64,000 bases of DNA from Parcubacteria bacterium C7867-001 (GTDB lineage Bacteria; Patescibacteriota; Minisyncoccia; Phycocordibacterales; Phycocordibacteraceae): assembly GCA_001189095.1 (NCBI GenBank), contig LFCK01000001.1, positions 317,159 through 381,158 of the forward strand, in the 5' to 3' direction. The position numbers were made by a program, and so were the translations under genes. The notes beneath the pieces are model-generated. The model did not search any database. It was given only the letters and a program-made list of their open reading frames with translations, and had not been told where the DNA came from. Each line of letters starts with the position of its first letter. Positions within the stretch are counted from its first letter, which is position 1. Below, in pieces: positions 19,525 through 27,486 of the stretch.

Positions 19525-19768
19525 TCCCAAGCCTATCGAAATAATCATTCCTCAGGACGCACAGCCCGCCTTTGCAAACGCTACGCAAGTAACCGTACTC
19601 GACGACGCAGTTGTCCTTCAATTCGCCTATGTGCGCCCAAACACTACCTCAGGACAACTCTTAGCTGAAGTAATCCTTTCTCCAAAGCACGCGATAGAAT
19701 TCAGCCGCGCCCTTGATACGACCATAAAGAAGCATTTTACGCGCCATATAGAGGATTCTGAGGCCTAG
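19514..19768 (+). CDS. DUF3467-like protein
   Basis: FANATQV...LQFA...VILSPKHA. Confidence 0.7.
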   Translation: MGNDPKPIEIIIPQDAQPAFANATQVTVLDDAVVLQFAYVRPNTTSGQLLAEVILSPKHAIEFSRALDTTIKKHFTRHIEDSEA

Positions 19769-19790
19769 GGAAGCAGGATTTCCGGAACGG

Positions 19791-19994
19791 ATTGTGCGAA
19801 GTTGAGACTTAGCGAAATTTTAATACAGGTTCAGCAGGTGAGTATCTTTTACCAACTATCGAGGTAGCACTTCGTAAAAGCGATTGTACGAAGGCGGGGA
19901 AGCCTTCGTACAATCGCGCCGATCTTTTACAAAGTACTACTGGGCTTCGCCCTAGGTAGTACTTCGCAAAAGATATATTGTGCGAAGTACTATC
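19791..19994. repeat. Cluster of short inverted repeats (REP/BIME-like)
   Basis: ATTGT(A/G)CGAAG and GTAG(C/T)ACTTCG(C/T)AAAAG units in alternating orientation; near-perfect IR 19880-19917. Confidence 0.65.
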
Positions 19995-20221
19995 ATTCTC
20001 GCCTAGCCCAGCTTTAAGGGTCTCGACAATTGGATTTTTATCTTCCCTATTTGCACTCCACTATCCAAATTATTTTCCTAAAATTATTTCTTCTGTATTT
20101 ATTTTTATGTACTAAATTTTGTGACTCCTCAAACCCCTTCCCCGACAGGGAGGCGGGGAAGTCGCCGAGCCCAAATGTTGCGATATATAGAAATAGCTGA
20201 ATCCCCTACCCCTTTATAAAA

Positions 20222-20246
20222 ACGAGCCGCTCAAAGAGCGGCTCGT
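20222..20246 (-). terminator. Terminator hairpin after EEP gene
   Basis: ACGAGCCGCTC-AAA-GAGCGGCTCGT. Confidence 0.65.
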
Positions 20247-20251
20247 ATATT

Positions 20252-21067
20252 TTATGTGCAGATCAATTGAAGCGCGCGGTGATCGGAAACTTCCGGCTCC
20301 ACAAGCACATCGAACTCAATGACGTTAACTTGCGGAGTGACGAACGTATAGTCCGCGTAACGAATCGGCTTCTGATAGAGGCTGGTGCGAGTATCGGTAA
20401 ATCCGCGACTCGTGACCAGTTCCGTCATGTCGAGCTGTTGTGCAAGAAGCTCATGCGTACTGCTGTTCGGCAGGAGGTTGAAGTCGCCGCATATGACGAT
20501 TTTCTCTTCCATTCTCTCAGTCATACCTTCGGCAAGACCGAGCAGGTTCGACGCTTGAATGTTTCGTTGCGGCGTATCGATCTTATCGTTCTTCTGATAG
20601 AGACCGTGCAAGTGAATCAGGACGAGCTCCGACTTGGCTTCGTAGTCATATACGCGAATGGCATGCGCATTGCGCGGCAGCGGCGGCTCACCGAACACGT
20701 CCGGCCGAAACTCTCGGTAGACGAAGTGTGTGACCGAATTAATGACGGGAATCGATTTCCGCACGAACGTCGCGATGCCGTAAAACACCGGCAACGGCGC
20801 CTCTGCACGGTCATGCAGGTAGCCCTGAACCGCCGGACAAAAATAGCCGTGGTGGTTCGGGAGCGCAGCTTCAAGATCCGAGAAGAGATCGAAGTGCACA
20901 TCGAGACCTTGCTCGTCTTGAACCGTCTGCGGCTCCGTGCGCGGCTCGCGCTTGCTGTACACCTCTTGGAAGCAGTAGATATCCGCCTCCCCTTTCGACA
21001 CGAAGTCGATGAGAGGTTTGTGGATACGCCCGCCCCATGTGTTGAGCGAAATGATCTTCAGTGCCAT
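20252..21067 (-). CDS. Endonuclease/exonuclease/phosphatase family protein
   Basis: ISLN, CFQEV, CGDFN, ADYTFV, SDH. Confidence 0.9.
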   Translation of the reverse strand: MALKIISLNTWGGRIHKPLIDFVSKGEADIYCFQEVYSKREPRTEPQTVQDEQGLDVHFDLFSDLEAALPNHHGYFCPAVQGYLHDRAEAPLPVFYGIATFVRKSIPVINSVTHFVYREFRPDVFGEPPLPRNAHAIRVYDYEAKSELVLIHLHGLYQKNDKIDTPQRNIQASNLLGLAEGMTERMEEKIVICGDFNLLPNSSTHELLAQQLDMTELVTSRGFTDTRTSLYQKPIRYADYTFVTPQVNVIEFDVLVEPEVSDHRALQLICT

Positions 21068-21143
21068 TACGGCCTCCTTTTCTAATCTGAGGAGACCTTA
21101 CTATGCGAGGGTAGTAACCACAAATCCCCTGCCCTGAACGACT

Positions 21144-21268
21144 CAGAAGCCCTGAAAAAGTTCAGAGGCAAGGCACGGGAAAATGAGGAGCGCAGGCGTA
21201 TCTACGAATACGACGGAGCGACGAGTTGGGACCCGTAACGCGGCATATGAACTTTTTCAGGGCTTCTG
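21144..21268. mobile_element. MITE-like element with 21-bp terminal inverted repeats
   Basis: CAGAAGCCCTGAAAAAGTTCA ... TGAACTTTTTCAGGGCTTCTG. Confidence 0.65.
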
Positions 21269-21269
21269 C

Positions 21270-22034
21270 CTAGCATTTCACGTTGTTGATAATATATTCG
21301 TACGCTTCGTCGACGCTGTCAGTAAGGAAGAAGAGATTCATGTCCTCGGCGTCTATGGCCTGATGCTCTGCAAGGAGTTTAGTCTTGAAGAATTCGATGA
21401 GCGGATTCCAGTATTCGCTGCCAAAAAGAACCATGGGGACGCGCTTGATCTTCTTCGTCTGGATGAGGGTTATCATCTCGAAAAATTCATCGAGGGTACC
21501 GAAGCCGCCAGGGAAATAAATATAGACTTCTGAGGCGAAGGAGAGCATCGTCTTTCTCACGAAGAAGTGATTGAAAAATATGTTGTCGGTAAGGTAATTA
21601 TTACCCCGTTGCTCGTTCGGAAGTTCGATATTAAGGCCGATAGATGCGCCGCCAGCGATGTGTGCTCCCTTATTTGCAGCCTCCATGATGCCGCTTGCGC
21701 CGCCGGTGACTATGGCAAATCCTTTTTTTGAAAGAAGCTCCGCAAGCTTGGTCGCTGATTCATAGAAATGCGGCTCAAAGGTTCCGCGCGTTGTGCCAAA
21801 GAAAGAGGCGGCGAGCGCGTACTTCTGCACGAGCTCGAAGCCTTCGACGAACTCGGACATTATCTTGAAGATGCGCCAACTCTCGAGCTTCTTCGGCTTA
21901 CAGACAAGCGGATCAACCGACTCCGGCATGGTCTCCTTCCCTTCTGAAACAGCACGCGTAAGCTTCTCGTGCATCGGTTCAGGCGGCCGCGATGCGGGAT
22001 CGGAAACGTCAGAGCGTGTTAAGAGTTCATCCAT
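21270..22034 (-). CDS. LOG family protein (TIGR00730-like)
   Basis: TGGASGIMEAANKGA, FFVRK, PGGFGTLDE. Confidence 0.92.
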   Translation of the reverse strand: MDELLTRSDVSDPASRPPEPMHEKLTRAVSEGKETMPESVDPLVCKPKKLESWRIFKIMSEFVEGFELVQKYALAASFFGTTRGTFEPHFYESATKLAELLSKKGFAIVTGGASGIMEAANKGAHIAGGASIGLNIELPNEQRGNNYLTDNIFFNHFFVRKTMLSFASEVYIYFPGGFGTLDEFFEMITLIQTKKIKRVPMVLFGSEYWNPLIEFFKTKLLAEHQAIDAEDMNLFFLTDSVDEAYEYIINNVKC

Positions 22035-22615
22035 GGTATCGGGTACGAATCAAAGTCCGGCAATAATTTTCTATTATACGCTATGCGCGAAACGACTTCG
22101 GCGTGACAGAGCGCGCCCGTGAGCGCGTTGTGCGGTTTTGGTTCTTCCGGAAGTCCGCAGTAGCGAAGCGCAAAATCGAGATTGATGGCGGAGTGATGAT
22201 TGCCGAGTGGTGGACGCATTCCCGCGCGGGTCATGTGAAGCCAGCAGAGCGTGTGCGTATCGAGCGTTCGTTTGCTGAACGGTGAATCCACTCCTGCCCT
22301 GCTGCAGGCAGCTTGTACGAACTCGAGGTCAAAGGACGGGTTCTGCGCAGCAAAGGTTCTGTCGGCGGGTCGGTCAGTGGCCCATGCGACAAACGCAGCT
22401 ATCAAATCCGCCTCGCTCTGCTTTTCTGCATTCGTTATTTCTTCTTCGGTAAAACCATTTATCGCGAGCGCTTCTTTTTCAAATTCAGCGCCGTCCCAAA
22501 TTCGGCACTCCTCGTAAAACTGATTCTCCGGCTCATCGAGGTCGATGGCGCCAAGGGAAATAATCGAGTGCTTGTGCGGAAGGAGCCCGCTCGACTCGAC
22601 ATCAAGGACTATCAT
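22019..22615 (-). CDS. DEDDh 3'-5' exonuclease
   Basis: LDVESSG, NPSFD, HNAL. Confidence 0.85.
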   Translation of the reverse strand: MIVLDVESSGLLPHKHSIISLGAIDLDEPENQFYEECRIWDGAEFEKEALAINGFTEEEITNAEKQSEADLIAAFVAWATDRPADRTFAAQNPSFDLEFVQAACSRAGVDSPFSKRTLDTHTLCWLHMTRAGMRPPLGNHHSAINLDFALRYCGLPEEPKPHNALTGALCHAEVVSRIAYNRKLLPDFDSYPIPWMNS

Positions 22616-22686
22616 TGAAATAAGTGTAGCAGACCTTGACGTGTGGCGTGAACAAAGATAAAACTCGCCAAGAAAGGAGACTTCAC

Positions 22687-22935
22687 ATGGGTGAATTCTT
22701 TCTGACGTGGCTATCGTATTTCCTCATTTTTGCTGTTGCAGGCTACGCTCTCGTTGCCGTGACTCACAAAAATGCGGCGCCAGGTCTGATCATCTACGCA
22801 GCGATGTTCTACGGCCCAATAACATTCTGCCTTCTCGTCGTAGCTCCGTTCATTTGCGCGCTCATTTCGCGCGGCGATCCGCTCGGATGGCTCTGGTCGG
22901 GCATTGCGCACTTCGTTACGAAAATGCTCAGCTGA
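22687..22935 (+). CDS. Small membrane protein, hypothetical
   Basis: AAGGAG SD, hydrophobic helices, terminator at 22945-22971. Confidence 0.65.
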   Translation: MGEFFLTWLSYFLIFAVAGYALVAVTHKNAAPGLIIYAAMFYGPITFCLLVVAPFICALISRGDPLGWLWSGIAHFVTKMLS

Positions 22936-22979
22936 AAGAAAAGCAAAGGCCGCCCCTGGGGCGGCCTTTTTGTATGAAA

Positions 22980-23427
22980 AGAAAGAAGGCCCTACCTTTT
23001 GGGGGTCGGGCCTCGGGGTGGAGCTGTTTAGTAGCTCCTGATCAGTGATCACTGCCGGTGTGGTTGCCTTGCGTCGAGAACGTGTCCCTTCGCTGCTTTT
23101 CCGGCTCCTAGTAAGGTTTGTAGTTTCGACCTTGCGGTCTCTCGGGGACTTGGATGAAATCCATTTCCCCAACCTTTTTAATAACTGCCTGTTGATTGTA
23201 GTCCGCGAGAACAGGCTTCGCGTGCGCTTCGGGGGAATGCACCCGTACTGAGCTTCTCAAATCGCTTGCCTTCCTGCATAACCCGCTTCGACCCCCGTAT
23301 AGTGGCAATATGCCGACCATAGTGTCTAAGCTTCGTCAGGAAGATTGTGTGATGTGGAAAGTAAGACTTACGGTTCGGGTTGCCCCTACACCTGCCCTCT
23401 CCACCGCATCTCAACTGCGATCTTCTG
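22980..23427 (-). ncRNA. Candidate large structured non-coding RNA (~450 nt), class unknown
   Basis: Promoter TTGACA-17-TAGTGT, intrinsic terminator, many helices with GCAA tetraloops and loop-E motifs, no credible ORF. Confidence 0.7.
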
Positions 23428-23433
23428 TATACT

Positions 23434-23462
23434 ACACTATCATACACATCTAAATTTGTCAA
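23434..23462 (-). promoter_or_regulatory. Sigma70-type promoter of the ncRNA candidate
   Basis: TTGACA (23462-23457), 17-nt spacer, extended TGn-TAGTGT (23439-23434). Confidence 0.7.
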
Positions 23463-23547
23463 GCATTTTCAAAAATGGCAGGTAGCCGGGTCAAAAATAC
23501 GTTGTATTTAATTGGTTTTTGGACGACCCTCGAAAAATGAGTGGGTT

Positions 23548-24010
23548 TTAGAGACCCTTACAGTTAGCCGCGGGACCGAATCCGGCAGCCATTGCTTCCT
23601 CTTTGGTATAGAACCAAATCTTATTCTCCTCTTTTATGCGCTTGGCCCCACTGCATTCGGGCAGGTAGAACTTGGTCCCGTTCTTCGAGGCCAGATAGGT
23701 CCCGCTCGGGTGGCCCACCTGCGGCTTAGGGGCTTTTGCAGGCTTTGTATAGCTCGTAGAGGGCTTTTTAGCCTCCGTGACAGCAGTTGGCTGCGGAAGC
23801 TCCTAAGTCCTCAATTTGGACCGTTTGGGGTGCTTGAGACCCCTTCTCTACCCCAGCCTTGCCAGTTACATCTCCAAGCCCAAAACCAACCGCAAGAGCG
23901 AGGCCAACGGCCCCTACCGCCAGAATGTCCCTCGGAGCCCCTCTAAAAAGGCTCATTTTAGGGTCATCGGGCCCTGTCTTGCCTACCAGTTCCGAATCTG
24001 GTATACTCAT
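23548..24010 (-). pseudogene. Membrane-anchored Ada metal-binding-like domain protein, frameshifted
   Basis: TM N-terminus in one frame; YLASKNGTKFYLPECSGAKRIKEENKIWF...AGFGPAANC in the +1 frame; shift near 23788. Confidence 0.7.
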
Positions 24011-24030
24011 GGGACAAATTCTAACAGGTT

Positions 24031-24303
24031 ATGGCATCAACAAAAGCAGGAGGATCAACAAAGAACGTACGCGACAGTCAGCCGAAATACCTCGGTGTAA
24101 AGCTCGCGGACGGTGCTGCTGCGCGTCCAGGGATGGTCATTGTCCGCCAGCGCGGCACGAAGATCGAAGCTGGTAAGAACGTGAAGGTCGGCCACGACCA
24201 CACCCTCTTCGCGATGACCACCGGTAAGGTCTCCTTCACCGAGAAGCGTAAAGTGAGCTACGACGGCTCGGTCTCTCGCAAGAAAGTCGCGAACGTCATT
24301 TAA
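24031..24303 (+). CDS. rpmA: 50S ribosomal protein L27
   Basis: [28 protein letters not shown]. Confidence 0.97.
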   Translation: MASTKAGGSTKNVRDSQPKYLGVKLADGAAARPGMVIVRQRGTKIEAGKNVKVGHDHTLFAMTTGKVSFTEKRKVSYDGSVSRKKVANVI

Positions 24304-24373
24304 GGAAAAACAAAAGCCGCCCCCTCGGGCGGTTTTTTGTTGTGCTAGCATTTAGGGCAGAAAGGAGGTCGAT

Positions 24374-24646
24374 ATGTTCGACACCATACTCTTCGGCATC
24401 GTCGGCATGCCCTTGGCTCTCATAACGTTCACGTACGGCGACTCTCGGCAGTTTCTGGTCCAGCGATTCCTCGTTGGCTGTATCGCGACATTTCTTTTTC
24501 TCGCGAACATCCTGCTCATTGCGTTCGCTGAAGATCCTCGGCACGACCCCGCGATGATACTCTGCGTTTCGAGTGCTTTCATAGCGCTCGGTACGCTTCT
24601 GCGCGTTCTTGGTGTATTCAGATCCCGAGGACTCCAAGAAGGATGA
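24374..24646 (+). CDS. Small membrane protein, hypothetical
   Basis: AAGGAGG SD, three hydrophobic segments. Confidence 0.6.
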   Translation: MFDTILFGIVGMPLALITFTYGDSRQFLVQRFLVGCIATFLFLANILLIAFAEDPRHDPAMILCVSSAFIALGTLLRVLGVFRSRGLQEG

Positions 24647-24736
24647 GTTTAAACGTCCGCCGCGCTTCGCGCGGCGGATTTCTTTGTATGGAAAAGAGAA
24701 AAGCCGGGCGCATCACGCCACCCGGCTTTTCCATTG

Positions 24737-24928
24737 CTACCTCTTCGGGCAGTGGCGTTCAAGGAACGCCAAAGCCTCTTCCGCGCAGCCCTTCTTTTCA
24801 AGAAAGAGCGCATGGAGAAGGATCTCCTCTTCCGACTTCGGGGGTTGCGGCGGCGAAGCCACGAAACCCGTAGTGAAAGAAAAGACACCGAGAAGGTGGG
24901 GTCGCGCAACGAGAAAACTTTCGGCCAT
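24737..24928 (-). CDS. Possible small hypothetical protein
   Basis: GGAGG SD upstream, hairpin downstream, TTGACA further upstream. Confidence 0.4.
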   Translation of the reverse strand: MAESFLVARPHLLGVFSFTTGFVASPPQPPKSEEEILLHALFLEKKGCAEEALAFLERHCPKR

Positions 24929-25125
24929 GGTTGTGGCCTCCAGAGATAGACGGGACCCATTCCCGTCTTCTTGCTTATCTCACTGGCACCTCCTTAGTTG
25001 GATGCAATGGTAAGGAACGCGACCGTTTACGACATTAGGATAGGTACCTATAAATGTCAAGAACACGTGCGGAACAGAAACCCCGCGCAAAGCGCGGGGT
25101 TATATCGTATCTTCGGCGCTCGGTG

Positions 25126-25791
25126 TTAGTTAACCTCGATCGCAGCAAGATAGTAGAGGCTTCCGCCGCGGAACGCTGGATAGAGCTCATCATTCCGAAG
25201 CGAACGCGGCCCACCAATGTCAGGCCATGGGTCGAGGACACCACCGCCCGTGATGTTCGGTTGGTAGCCTCCGCCGATGTATTCGATTTCCGTGAGAAGT
25301 ACCGCGTGACCGCGAGCACCCATGACGAGCGGCCGGTCCTGCGCGAGACTGTTCACGATGTACGTGTTGTCGATTGCGATTATACCGCTCGAGAGATCCA
25401 TGAGACGGACCACGCGCGAAGTAAACTCTTCACCATCATCCGAGATCCAGCGGCGGTTCATCGCTCTGGTCATCGTCAAGTCCGTCGCCGGCATGTTGAC
25501 CAGAGAGCCGTACGCCTGTTCGACGATACGCTCTTGCGACACTTCGTAGCCATAGTAGCGGAACAGCATCGAGATTGTCGCTGCCCAGCACCACTGCGAC
25601 TGGAACTGCTGGCTGTAGTTCGCCGCAATCGAGTCCATTGGGACCTGAGCGACGCACTGTGGCCCGTAGTATCCCGGCACACATCGGTATTCTGCAGACG
25701 CCTTTTTCGGGAACAAAAGGGTTGCGCCTAATGCTCCCGCTCCGAGTAGAAGCCCGCGACGGGCAAGCTGGTTTTTCTTCTCGTCTTCCAA
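25126..25791 (-). CDS. Papain-like cysteine protease (C39-like/C70-like) with twin-arginine signal
   Basis: ARRGLL signal; Q...WCWAA, GHAVLL, LDPWP; TTG start after AAGGAG. Confidence 0.75.
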   Translation of the reverse strand: MEDEKKNQLARRGLLLGAGALGATLLFPKKASAEYRCVPGYYGPQCVAQVPMDSIAANYSQQFQSQWCWAATISMLFRYYGYEVSQERIVEQAYGSLVNMPATDLTMTRAMNRRWISDDGEEFTSRVVRLMDLSSGIIAIDNTYIVNSLAQDRPLVMGARGHAVLLTEIEYIGGGYQPNITGGGVLDPWPDIGGPRSLRNDELYPAFRGGSLYYLAAIEVN

Positions 25792-25920
25792 TGTCGTCTC
25801 CTTTTCCTCTTGGGAGAACCGTCGAAAAATCGACTGTTCGACAATACCGCAACTCCAAAACGACCGCAATAGAAAAAGGCCGCACAACGTGCGGCCTTTT
25901 TCTATACTCTCTTTAACTTA

Positions 25921-26346
25921 TTACTCCGCTTCAACAACGATGGAGATTTTGCCGAAGTTTTCGCCAAAGGCGACTGGAATATCAAACGTGCCAGATTCCT
26001 TGATTGGCTTCTCGAGCGAAATAGCGTCTTCCGGAAGCTTGGTCATTAGAGCGATTTCCTTCGCATCGATGCCGTCATAGAGGTGGCCTTTTTCGTTCAC
26101 CTTCTTCTTGAAGACGATGCGCTCTTCTGCAAGTGCAGCAAGGCGTTCCTCCACGAGCTTCACGTCTACCATCTTCTTGTCTGCTTCAGCCTTACGAGCA
26201 GCTTCCGCCTTCTGGCGCAACGCTGGGGTCGCCTGCACCGCTATCTTGCGAGGGATAAGGAAGTTAATGGCATGGCCATCCGCTGCATCTATCTCCTGCC
26301 AAGCATGGCCCAAGCCCTTCTGCGATTTCAAAAGAATTACTTTCAT
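25921..26346 (-). CDS. rplI: 50S ribosomal protein L9
   Basis: MKVILLK, GHAINFLIP, GHLYDGI, PIKESG. Confidence 0.93.
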   Translation of the reverse strand: MKVILLKSQKGLGHAWQEIDAADGHAINFLIPRKIAVQATPALRQKAEAARKAEADKKMVDVKLVEERLAALAEERIVFKKKVNEKGHLYDGIDAKEIALMTKLPEDAISLEKPIKESGTFDIPVAFGENFGKISIVVEAE

Positions 26347-26358
26347 GATTCGCCCATC

Positions 26359-27420
26359 CTACCCTTTCACCTGCTCTCCTGCAACCGCAGGGATATCCTG
26401 CGGAATCGCGTCATACACCGAAGCGGACTGGCCTTCCGGCGGAACCAGAAGCGTACCTGCGAGTATCTTGTTGTTCGCTATAGCAAAGCCGAGCACGACC
26501 ACAACAACGGTGAGCGCACCGATAGAGGCTGAACCGCGCGGCAGGCGCTGATGGAAGAGTGCGGCAGCACCGAGCAAGAGTATGAAGAAGGCCGCTATCG
26601 TGAGGAAGACGAGTGAAGAGGCTGAGCGTGGCGCAAACGAAGCGAGGGCAAAGGGTGATGCTGTTTCAGCTGCGAGCACCTGCGGATTTGCTTCCGCGCG
26701 AGCAGGAATGGTCGTCGTTGAGATGCGAGCGACCGTGGTGGTCCCTTGATTGGTGGTCGTTGCAGCAGCAACCGTCGGCGTCCCCGGAATTTTCTTCGGG
26801 CTCGTAGTCGTGACTTTCGCGGGAACCTGTACGTAAATGACTTGCTGCGGCTTCGCGAAGTACTGCACCACGAAGACTGATTCCCTTCCTTCGTAAGTAC
26901 CCGTCGCCATACCGACCCCGATCTCAGTGAATCCAGCGCCGAGGAGATTCGCGCGATGCGTCGGTGAATCCATCCATGCGTCCACCACATCCTGCGAGTC
27001 GGTGAAGTTGACTGCGAGATTCTCTCCTGCGTTCTGGAAGCGATAGCCCGCTTTCTGTATCCAACTCCACGGCACCGTGCCGTCAGGGCTCACATGCGCG
27101 AAGTAGCCGTTCTTCGCCATGTCTTCCGCTTTTGCGCGTGCGGCAGTAGCAAGCGTCTCATTCCACGTGACAGTAGCAAGATGATTATCCGAACGAGCAT
27201 CATTCGTATAGGCGGTAATAGCGGCCGGAAGCACGCTCGCCACGAAGTCCTGCGTACGGAATCCGACGAACATCTGCGCAAGGGTGAGCGCCTCGATGAG
27301 CACAGCAAACGAGAGTGCCATGATGATGGCCTCTTTGCGGAGGACGTGCGGGTGATGATTGTTCCCTTCCGAAGGAAGGAAGGTTCGATGGAGGCGCGTA
27401 AATAAGCCGTCCTGTTGCAT
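26359..27420 (-). CDS. CAP (SCP) domain membrane protein
   Basis: KAEDMAKNGYFAH, AGENLA, WMDSPTHRAN. Confidence 0.9.
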   Translation of the reverse strand: MQQDGLFTRLHRTFLPSEGNNHHPHVLRKEAIIMALSFAVLIEALTLAQMFVGFRTQDFVASVLPAAITAYTNDARSDNHLATVTWNETLATAARAKAEDMAKNGYFAHVSPDGTVPWSWIQKAGYRFQNAGENLAVNFTDSQDVVDAWMDSPTHRANLLGAGFTEIGVGMATGTYEGRESVFVVQYFAKPQQVIYVQVPAKVTTTSPKKIPGTPTVAAATTTNQGTTTVARISTTTIPARAEANPQVLAAETASPFALASFAPRSASSLVFLTIAAFFILLLGAAALFHQRLPRGSASIGALTVVVVVLGFAIANNKILAGTLLVPPEGQSASVYDAIPQDIPAVAGEQVKG

Positions 27421-27486
27421 AGTCTCATTATACCACGAAAAAGCCCGGCTGGAAGGCCGGGCTTTTTCGTTGCTTATCGCGTCTCG

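Noticed and set aside
19791-19994. Possible CRISPR array
   Set aside because: Units are inverted and irregularly spaced, with no unique spacers and no cas genes.
23085-23112. AGG..GGAA..AGCAG resemblance to SRP RNA domain IV
   Set aside because: The bases flanking GGAA do not pair and the surrounding fold does not match SRP.
23255-23345. CTGACGA on the minus strand suggesting a hammerhead ribozyme core
   Set aside because: No correctly placed GAAA/NUH; CTTCCTG instead pairs with CAGGAAG as an ordinary helix.
22711-23462. Short ORFs overlapping the ncRNA candidate
   Set aside because: Mostly alternative starts, no SD or leaderless geometry, no protein-like composition.
23480-24030. Apparent local enrichment of GGNCC sites and different codon style
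   Set aside because: Judged by eye on a short stretch; cannot be shown significant without counting.
25921-26346. Presence of L9 as unusual for CPR
   Set aside because: Loss of L9 applies to other CPR groups; Parcubacteria generally retain it.
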